Of a DNA stretch of 13,282 bases, positions 7,195 through 13,282 are shown one piece after another. Position 1 is the first letter of the stretch. Every line of letters starts with the position of its first letter. Source of the stretch: Planctomycetota bacterium (lineage in GTDB: Bacteria > Planctomycetota > UBA8108 > UBA1146); assembly GCA_036338595.1 (NCBI GenBank), contig JAYZBV010000036.1:1-13282 (forward strand), given 5' to 3'. A model generated the notes under the pieces. The model searched no databases. It had not been told where the DNA came from and saw only the letters and a list, made by a program, of their open reading frames with translations. Both the position numbers and the translations under genes were made by a program.

Positions 7195-8109
7195 TCAACC
7201 TGTCGCCGAGGAAGAGCGGGTCCTGACGGAGCCGAGGATGGCTGCTGCGGTGTCGGCGATGCGGCGTAAAAGCCGATGCACGGTGTCTAGATCTGTAGCA
7301 GAATTGGTGCAGGGAACCACGATCAGTCCGACCAGTTCACCGAGCCAGAAGAGCGGCAACATCAAGGCTCCATCGTCTTCGACGAAGACGCCAGGAAGAT
7401 CTCCTTCGCGCCACCTTTCCCCGGGATCGGAAAATCGATGGGTCGGCAGCACTGCGTCCACTGGTGGAAGATCGACTGCTCTCGAAGCGCAGGGGATCAG
7501 CATGCTCTCGCTTCGCAGGTACAGGATGGCAGCAGATTCACCTGGAATGCTCGACAAGATCATCGACTTCAGGTCCGCATCGGATGCGCTGGCACATCGA
7601 CGCAGGAAGCGAGAGACGGGAAATCCATCTAGGCCGATACGGCGCTCGCGGCGTTCTGCGTCCAGTTGATGAAGCGCCAGTTGCAACTCTCCTTGCAACT
7701 TACGGTTGGTCTTGCGCAATGTTCGCCTCTCGGCTGCGCGAAGTAATACACCGAGCAGGTCCTTTTCAAGATCGACGATGGGCTTCTCGATGTAGGTATA
7801 GGCACCGAGTTTCATGGCACTGAGGGCACTTTCGAGAGTTGCATCCCCTGTCGCCATGACGACCTCGACTTCCGGGGCGAGTCTCTTGAACTCTCGCAAC
7901 ACATCGAGTCCGTTGACGCGCGGCATTCGCAGATCGACGAGGGCTACATCTGGCTCCGTTTCGTGGAGCATGGCGATACCCTCTTCACCTCCGGAAGCGA
8001 CACGGACGCTGAGTCCTTCCGATTCGAGGAATAACTGGATGCTTTCCCTGATGAAGGGGTCGTCGTCGACGACGAGCACATCGAGTCTTGGCGAGGAGTG
8101 AGCGGTCAT
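7195..8109 (-). CDS. Response regulator, 304 aa: receiver domain, coiled coil and degenerate GAF-like C-terminal domain; no recognisable HTH, AAA+ or enzymatic output
   Basis: Receiver motifs are intact: VLVVDDD, VALVDLRMP (phospho-acceptor Asp), MATG and YIEKP. A coiled-coil-like segment LRKTNRKLQGELQLALHQL follows. The C-terminus ALMLPLFWLGELVGLIVV...LLRRIADTAAAIL resembles the end of a GAF fold. The start overlaps the kinase stop (TGATG, 8107-8111). Confidence 0.9.
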   Translation of the reverse strand: MTAHSSPRLDVLVVDDDPFIRESIQLFLESEGLSVRVASGGEEGIAMLHETEPDVALVDLRMPRVNGLDVLREFKRLAPEVEVVMATGDATLESALSAMKLGAYTYIEKPIVDLEKDLLGVLLRAAERRTLRKTNRKLQGELQLALHQLDAERRERRIGLDGFPVSRFLRRCASASDADLKSMILSSIPGESAAILYLRSESMLIPCASRAVDLPPVDAVLPTHRFSDPGERWREGDLPGVFVEDDGALMLPLFWLGELVGLIVVPCTNSATDLDTVHRLLRRIADTAAAILGSVRTRSSSATG

Positions 8110-9773
8110 CAGGTTGTTTCCTGCCAGTCGCTGGAGATTTCCAGCGGATCGATCTCTTCACTGCCTAGCTGAGCGAGAGCATCCGGAATCGAGACGCGGA
8201 ATCTGGTTCCCTCCCCCTGACCGGTATCGAGTTCGATCTCTCCACCGGCCCCGTCGACGATTCTTTTGACCACGAAGAGACCGAGACCGCTGCCACGATC
8301 TGCTTCCTTTGTCGTGAAGAGCGGATCGAACGCCCGCTCCGAGACCTCTGGAGGCATACCGGGACCGTCGTCCTCGATGAGCAGTTCGATACCACCGTCG
8401 GGATTTTTTCTGGCCTGGATCGAGAGGGTCGTGCCCTGTCCCGATTCACGCACGGCATCGGCGCTGTTGAGAACCAGATTCATGATCACCTGCTGAAGGG
8501 CAGTGGCATCGCCGGTCAGCACCAGATCTTTCTCCACATCGAGTTCGGTCGTGACACCGGCATCGCGCAATCTCGCCTCACAGATGGCGAGGGTTCCTTC
8601 TATCGCCTCGGCGATGGGGAAGGGGGCCTCGCTGCCCGGTTTGAAGGGGCGAGTCCTGGCGAATGCCAGCAGGTTTCGACACAGGCCACGGCAGAAACCG
8701 GCAGCGTCCTGGGCGCGTTGAAGGTGTTGCACTGCCCGGGCGTCGTCGCCGTTCGATTCGATCGAGCGACTGGCCAGTTGCAGGAATCCGATCACGGATG
8801 CGAGCGGATTGTTGAGGTCATGGGCGAAGCCGCTTGCCAGGCGGCCGATCGCCGCCATCTTCTCCTGGCGCGATAACTGCTCGCGACTGGCCAGCAGTTC
8901 GTCATGGGCTTCGCGCAACTCCACGAAGAGACGGGAGTTTTGGAGGCCTACGGCGAGTTGCGCGGCTACCGCTGCGACCCACTGGAGCTCTTCTGCCAGG
9001 AAGGGTTGTGTGCCCGTTCCCCGTTCCAGATACAGCACCGTGGCATTTTCTCCCCGGCCCGCCAGTGGTAACGACAGCGCCGAGAGTGCCTGCTTCCTAC
9101 GAAGACAGACGCTCGCCTCGAACGCTTCTCCTACCTGTGAGGAGATCATCCCCTCCCGACGGCGTCGCGCCGCTTCGATGAGGGTTCGGCTTGGATCGAG
9201 ACCATCGAGATCGATGGGCTTTCCATCGCGATCTCCGATGGCGTGGGGCCCCGTGTCATCATCCCAGCGGATCCAGCCCCAGGATTCAAAGTGCACGCCA
9301 CTGCGGATCACATCGACGACCTGTTTCACCAGTTCCTCTGGTGGCAGATCGGTCTGCGCCAGTAGACCCACTTCGAAGAGAGCTTCCTGAAGGCTTTTTG
9401 CCCCCTGGTTGCTCATTGCGCTGTCACGAAGTTGCTTCTGCAGACTCTCCGGGTCGACCTTGACCGAGAAGGTACTCAGGTGCTCCTGCACGGCATGAAC
9501 TGCTATGCGGCAGTCACCGATCTCGATCACATCTCCCGCCTCCAGGATGGTGCGGTCGATGATCTCTCCATTGAGGAGAGTCCCATTTCGACTGCCGCCA
9601 TCCCTCAGCAACCAGCTGTCATCACCGGAGGGAATCACCTGCGCATGCTTCCGAGATGCGCGGGTGTCATCGACGATGAGGTCATTACTGGGGTCACGGC
9701 CGATGTGGACCGGCTCTGATCCGAGCACGATCCGCTGCCCTCGACCTGGTCCCTGGACGATGATCAGGTGCAC
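8109..9773 (-). CDS. Cytoplasmic sensor histidine kinase, FHA-GAF-HisKA-HATPase_c (NtrB-like core), 554 aa
   Basis: FHA motifs IGRD, SRKHA and LRDGGSRNGT. GAF-like segment SALSLPL...VLYLE...PFLAEELQWVAAVAAQLAVGLQNSRL. H-box FAHDLNNPL, N-box QVIMNLVLNSADA, G1 EDDGPGM, F-box FDPLFTTK, G2 GSGLGL. No transmembrane segment is apparent. GTG start preceded by GGGAGG. Confidence 0.95.
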   Translation of the reverse strand: MHLIIVQGPGRGQRIVLGSEPVHIGRDPSNDLIVDDTRASRKHAQVIPSGDDSWLLRDGGSRNGTLLNGEIIDRTILEAGDVIEIGDCRIAVHAVQEHLSTFSVKVDPESLQKQLRDSAMSNQGAKSLQEALFEVGLLAQTDLPPEELVKQVVDVIRSGVHFESWGWIRWDDDTGPHAIGDRDGKPIDLDGLDPSRTLIEAARRRREGMISSQVGEAFEASVCLRRKQALSALSLPLAGRGENATVLYLERGTGTQPFLAEELQWVAAVAAQLAVGLQNSRLFVELREAHDELLASREQLSRQEKMAAIGRLASGFAHDLNNPLASVIGFLQLASRSIESNGDDARAVQHLQRAQDAAGFCRGLCRNLLAFARTRPFKPGSEAPFPIAEAIEGTLAICEARLRDAGVTTELDVEKDLVLTGDATALQQVIMNLVLNSADAVRESGQGTTLSIQARKNPDGGIELLIEDDGPGMPPEVSERAFDPLFTTKEADRGSGLGLFVVKRIVDGAGGEIELDTGQGEGTRFRVSIPDALAQLGSEEIDPLEISSDWQETT

Positions 9774-9894
9774 TTCGATCCTCCCTGGAGCCCCGGAAAG
9801 TGAGGATGCTCCCGAGAAGAATACGATGTCACCGCAGATGGTGCCGGAATGGGACGCTCAGCCGAACCGTGCTGGATGGGCTCCAGGATGCCAG

Positions 9895-9917
9895 GAAAGC
9901 GTCCTCAGGGACGTTTC
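9895..9917 (-). terminator. Possible weak intrinsic terminator or hairpin downstream of etfA
   Basis: The minus strand reads GAAA-CGTCC-CTGA-GGACG-CTTTC, beginning 16 nt after the etfA stop. The stem is 5 bp, extendable by 4 bp with one bulge; the U-tract is poor. Confidence 0.35.
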
Positions 9918-9933
9918 ACGCCGCTACTGCCGG

Positions 9934-10893
9934 TCACTGGAGAACCGCCTTGAGCTCGGATTCGAGGCGAGGAATCACCTCGAAGAGGTCTCCCACGAGA
10001 CCGTAGGTCGCCACCTGGAAGATCGGAGCGGAGGCATCCTTGTTGATGGCTACGATGGTCCGAGAAGAGGACATCCCCGCCAGGTGCTGGATGGCTCCCG
10101 AGATTCCGACGGCGATGTAGAGCTTCGGGCTGACCGTTTTTCCCGTCTGACCCACCTGATCGGAATGAGGGCGCCAGCCGGCATCCACGACGACGCGTGA
10201 CGCTCCCACTGCTCCCCCGAGTAGATCCGCGAGACTCTCCAGCATGGCGAAATTCTCCGGCTCCTTCAGCCCGCGACCTCCGGAGACGATGATCTCAGCC
10301 TCGGTCAATTCCACCTTGGCGGTGTTTCCCTCGATGAACTCGGTACGTTTCAGTACAGATTCTGCAGTGGCCAGTTTTTCACTGACGGTTGCTGCTTCTC
10401 GCTCAACCTGTTTGCCATAGTTCGGGCGAAGCGAGATGACAGCGGGGGCAGTGACCACTTTCTGGCGTAGATTTGCCTTACCTGCGAATACGGGTCGTTC
10501 GATGCAAATGGCATCTCCTTCTTGCGAAATGGAGATGCAATCTGCAGCTACAGCGGTTTCAAGACTGCCTGCGATCAGAGCAGTCACTTCCTTGCCACTT
10601 GCAGTAGCAGAGGCAAACACCATCGATGCCGATTCTGCCGTGGCCAGTTGAGTGACTTCGGATGCGATGGCATCGACATGAGAATTGACGAGCGACTCAC
10701 CCTCGATGGCAAGGATGCGGTGAGCGCCTGCAGTCACCAGCGAGGAGGCCGCTTGACCGGCACCAGGCCCGCACAGTACTGCGATCACCTCACCCGAGGC
10801 AGGCTCTGCCAGCGTCCTGGCACTTCCGAGTGCTTCGAGACTGGCGGATTTGACCCTGCCGTGACTGAATTCGATCCAGACGATGATCTTCAT
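9934..10893 (-). CDS. etfA: Electron transfer flavoprotein alpha subunit (EtfA/FixB family), 319 aa
   Basis: Signature motifs [53 protein letters not shown] and [20 protein letters not shown]. Confidence 0.97.
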   Translation of the reverse strand: MKIIVWIEFSHGRVKSASLEALGSARTLAEPASGEVIAVLCGPGAGQAASSLVTAGAHRILAIEGESLVNSHVDAIASEVTQLATAESASMVFASATASGKEVTALIAGSLETAVAADCISISQEGDAICIERPVFAGKANLRQKVVTAPAVISLRPNYGKQVEREAATVSEKLATAESVLKRTEFIEGNTAKVELTEAEIIVSGGRGLKEPENFAMLESLADLLGGAVGASRVVVDAGWRPHSDQVGQTGKTVSPKLYIAVGISGAIQHLAGMSSSRTIVAINKDASAPIFQVATYGLVGDLFEVIPRLESELKAVLQ

Positions 10894-10912
10894 GGCTTCC
10901 TCCTGGATCGCA

Positions 10913-11662
10913 TCAGATGACCTTGGCTTCTTCGCGTAATACCCGGATCAGTTCTCCCACTGCTTCAGGCCCTTCGCCGACGATTCGGCCCTCCGGGCGT
11001 GGTGGAGGCGGGGTGAGCGCAACGGTCTCGAGGGCTGGCGCTCCGGCATCGCAGGGGACCGTTTCGATCGGTTTCTTCTTTGCCAGCATGATCTCCTTGA
11101 GCTTCGGGTAGCGAGGTTCGTTGAGACTCTTGTCGGCACCGACAACGACAGGGAGAGGCCCCTCGATCACTTCCCTACCTCCCTCTACTTCTCGTTCGAT
11201 TCGGACCTTGCCCTCGGTCACCGCTATCGCTGCGATGTCGTTGACGAAGGGATGGCCAAGAAGGCGTGCGACGAGGGCGCCCACCTGTGCTCCCTGAGAA
11301 TCGACCGACTGGCGGCCAAACAGGATCAGGTCATCCCCTCGTTTCGACAGAACCGCTGCCAGTGCTCGAGCAGTCTGGATCGGATCGAGTGGCTCATCGG
11401 AGGTGGCTAGCACAGCATCGTCGGCTCCCATGCCGAGAGCCTTTCGCAGTTCCTTCGTCGATGACTCGGGTCCCACGGAGATGACGGTCACGGATCCTTC
11501 ACCGACATCTTCCCGGATGCGAAGCGCTTCCTCGATGGCGTGCTCATCGTAGGGGCTGATCACCCACTGCACCTCGGATGTGTCGATCGAGGTCCCATCC
11601 GGAGCGAAACTGAGGCGGGTTGCGGTATCGGGGACTCGCTTCATGCACACTGCGATCTTCAT
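10913..11662 (-). CDS. etfB: Electron transfer flavoprotein beta subunit (EtfB/FixA family), 249 aa
   Basis: Motifs MKIAVCMKRVPD, ISPYDEHAIEEAL, ALGMGADDA, DLILFGRQSVD...QVG and NEPRYP.LKEIM.AKKKPI. GGGAGG RBS; 19 nt upstream of etfA. Confidence 0.97.
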   Translation of the reverse strand: MKIAVCMKRVPDTATRLSFAPDGTSIDTSEVQWVISPYDEHAIEEALRIREDVGEGSVTVISVGPESSTKELRKALGMGADDAVLATSDEPLDPIQTARALAAVLSKRGDDLILFGRQSVDSQGAQVGALVARLLGHPFVNDIAAIAVTEGKVRIEREVEGGREVIEGPLPVVVGADKSLNEPRYPKLKEIMLAKKKPIETVPCDAGAPALETVALTPPPPRPEGRIVGEGPEAVGELIRVLREEAKVI

Positions 11663-11684
11663 CGGTGAGGTCCTCCCTCATCTC

Positions 11685-11727
11685 GATCCTGGATTCCGGT
11701 CCTCCGCGGAGGCGATGCTCCAGGATC
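11685..11727. promoter_or_regulatory. Nested inverted repeat in the etfB leader: GATCCTGGA...TCCAGGATC enclosing the palindrome CCTCCGCGGAGG
   Basis: 9-bp outer arms at 11685-11693 and 11719-11727 and a perfect 12-bp palindrome at 11701-11712 are seen directly. The function is inferred. Confidence 0.45.
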
Positions 11728-11752
11728 TGTTGGACTTCTGTACAGCCCCCCA

Positions 11753-12916
11753 TCAGGGGCTGACAGGACCCGCTTGGCAAGCAGTTCCATCGACTTGTCG
11801 GTCGGCGGCGAGCGGCGGGAGCCTGCTCGGATCGACGGCGAGAGCCGCCAGCAGAGGTGCCATGTCCCCCGCAGGGGGACACCGGACCTCGGTCGGTAGA
11901 TTCCACACGGGGTGCGGGAAGCGCAACTGGAAGCTGTGGAGCAGAGCTCGTTCGGGATGGGCGATTTGCTCGGGCAATCGACCGCCAGACTCTTGCAAGG
12001 ACTGTTGCGTCTGGCCGTAGCCCTGATCGCCGAGGATCGGGTGTCCTGCAACTTGCAGATGAACACGAATCTGATTCTGTCGACCGGTGATGGGCATGCA
12101 CAGCAGCACCGAGATGCCATCTCCAGCGGCGATCAGTTGAACTCGGGTGAGGGACGCCTTTCCCGTGACGTCGTCAGCGCGGGCAAGGCGATGGTCCCGG
12201 TGTCGGCTACGATCGATGTGAGCCGAAACGCCAGCATCGATCTCGAAGGAGCTGGTTTCAGGGACTCCTTCGACAACAGCGAGGTAGGATTTTCGGACCA
12301 GGTCCTTCTCGAAGTCATCCTGAAGACGTCTTCTCGCTTCCACGGTTTTCGCCAGCAGTAATAAACCTGACGTATCCCGATCGAGGCGGTGGCACAGTCG
12401 CGGTGTCACCTGTCGCGCGGATCGCTCGTTGAGAGCTCGCCACTGGCGGTGGAGTCCATCGATGACGGTACCTGAGTGAGTCTTGCCAACCGGATGCACC
12501 AGCATTCCTGGAGGCTTTTCGACGATCAGTATCCACGGGTCCTCATGCAAGACCGGCAGCCGAATGGGGGGGATATCGGTGCGGGAACCCATCTCGAGCA
12601 TCACCTCGACCTCGTCACCGCAACTGACACGAGTCGAGGGTCTGGCTCTGGAACCGTTGATGTGAACCCGACCGAGCGAGATCAATTTCTGGATCTTGCT
12701 TCGAGAGCTCCAGCCGAGGCGCGCCTGCAGCCACAGATCCAGGCGATTTCGCTGCTTCTGTCGAACCCTGAAGAGGGCCGATTGCGGCGGTCGGGAGAGA
12801 TCTCTGCCTGGAGTGAGTACCATCTTCGAAATTTCCTGGTTCTGTGCCGAGCGATCTCCGGATCCGGTCTCCGGAGGTAGGTAGAGTCCTCGGGTCTCCA
12901 GTGTGGAGTGAGCCAC
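11753..12916 (-). CDS. RluA-family 23S rRNA pseudouridine synthase with N-terminal S4 domain (RluD/RluC-like). Start uncertain: GTG 12916 or ATG 12823
   Basis: S4 domain RLDLWLQARLGWSSRSKIQKLISLGRVHING, motif I VEKPPGMLVHP, catalytic HRLDRDTSG (12365-12391), KSYLAVV, TGRQNQIRVH and LHSFQLRFPHP. Confidence 0.95.
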   Translation of the reverse strand: MAHSTLETRGLYLPPETGSGDRSAQNQEISKMVLTPGRDLSRPPQSALFRVRQKQRNRLDLWLQARLGWSSRSKIQKLISLGRVHINGSRARPSTRVSCGDEVEVMLEMGSRTDIPPIRLPVLHEDPWILIVEKPPGMLVHPVGKTHSGTVIDGLHRQWRALNERSARQVTPRLCHRLDRDTSGLLLLAKTVEARRRLQDDFEKDLVRKSYLAVVEGVPETSSFEIDAGVSAHIDRSRHRDHRLARADDVTGKASLTRVQLIAAGDGISVLLCMPITGRQNQIRVHLQVAGHPILGDQGYGQTQQSLQESGGRLPEQIAHPERALLHSFQLRFPHPVWNLPTEVRCPPAGDMAPLLAALAVDPSRLPPLAADRQVDGTACQAGPVSP

Positions 12917-12925
12917 CGGATCTGT

Positions 12926-12954
12926 ATTTTAGGGTAACGCCATCGGTGTGCCAG
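12926..12954 (-). promoter_or_regulatory. Putative sigma70-type promoter for the pseudouridine synthase gene and possibly the downstream cluster
   Basis: Minus strand: CTGGCA (12954-12949, 4/6 to TTGACA), 17 nt, then TAAAAT (12931-12926, 5/6 to TATAAT), in a locally AT-rich patch. Confidence 0.5.
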
Positions 12955-12968
12955 CAAAGCGGGCAGAC

Positions 12969-12997
12969 TTGACCGCTCCCGGGAGGATCCCTACCAT
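12969..12997 (+). promoter_or_regulatory. Putative sigma70-type promoter for accB
   Basis: TTGACC (12969-12974), 17 nt, then TACCAT (12992-12997). The -10 keeps the key TA...T bases and the spacing is ideal. Confidence 0.6.
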
Positions 12998-13077
12998 CCA
13001 CGGTACCGCCGGGGCGAGGGAGCCCCTCCATCGGAGTTCTGCCTGCAGAGATCTCCCTACATGACCGGATGCACACC

Positions 13078-13282
13078 GTGGAAACCTCACGCCTCAAGGA
13101 ATTGATCGAACTGATGGATCGCAACCAACTCGAGGAGTTGGAGGTGGTCGATGGAGATCAGCGAATCCGGCTTCGCAAGCGTCCCGAGGCGAATCGTGCG
13201 GGGGTCTCGATGGCAGCGATACCCGCAGCCGGAGCACTACCAGGGACCTCGGGTTCTCAGGGTGAGGAGTTGCCAGCAGAGC
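13078..13282 (+). CDS. accB: 5' part of acetyl-CoA carboxylase biotin carboxyl carrier protein (runs off the window). Start GTG 13078 or in-frame ATG 13069
   Basis: Open frame to the window end: (M)ETSRLKELIELMDRNQLEELEVVDGDQRIRLRKRPEANRAGVSMAAIPAAGALPGTSGSQGEELPAE. This matches the AccB N-terminal pattern (ikeLi.l.....l.ElE......rirl.k) followed by the Ala/Pro-rich linker. The biotinylation motif EAMK would lie beyond the window. Confidence 0.85.
   Translation, partial: METSRLKELIELMDRNQLEELEVVDGDQRIRLRKRPEANRAGVSMAAIPAAGALPGTSGSQGEELPAE

Noticed and set aside
9774..9933. 160-nt spacer as a possible ncRNA, small ORF or internal promoter (TATTCT on the minus strand at 9823-9818)
   Set aside because: No recognisable RNA family or tRNA fold, no plausible -35 at 17 nt from the candidate -10, and the small ORFs crossing it lack support.
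11659..12120. 153-aa minus-strand Cys-rich ORF overlapping the pseudouridine synthase 3' half and ending at the etfB start
   Set aside because: Alternative frame of a conserved gene with no RBS or domain signal. The ATGA-type junction with etfB is most likely coincidental.
12615..13124. 169-aa minus-strand ORF spanning the divergent promoter region
   Set aside because: It overlaps both the pseudouridine synthase (other frame) and accB (antisense) and has no protein-like features.
1..13282. CRISPR array, tRNA/rRNA, IS/integrase, prophage or defence genes
   Set aside because: No regularly spaced direct repeats, cloverleaf or rRNA-like sequence, transposase motifs or obvious compositional break were seen. 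The spacers are short and nearly all of the window is accounted for by coding sequence.

Overview
High-GC bacterial DNA, probably Planctomycetota/PVC. That assignment is inferred from gene content (giant TPR + PQQ-type beta-propeller protein, FHA-GAF histidine kinase) and is not proven. Most of the window is one co-directional run of minus-strand genes. In transcription order these are: RluA/RluD-family pseudouridine synthase, etfB, etfA, FHA-GAF-histidine kinase, receiver-GAF-like response regulator with no DNA-binding output, a 1632-aa exported helical/TPR + double beta-propeller + CBM9/DOMON-like protein, a 442-aa predicted lipoprotein of roughly 17-20 aromatic W/F-P-L/F-aromatic repeats, mlaE, and the first 13 codons of a probable mlaF. 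At the right end a divergent promoter region precedes the 5' part of accB on the plus strand; accB and the mlaF fragment are absent from the ORF track. I see no RNA genes, mobile elements or CRISPR arrays. The best candidate for an undescribed system is the envelope module, where an Mla/Mce ABC transporter lies directly downstream of two unusual exported proteins and an atypical signalling pair. A second signal is a recurring TCC-AG(G)GA-GGA mini-hairpin at several ribosome-binding sites. All domain calls are by-eye motif recognition, not database searches.
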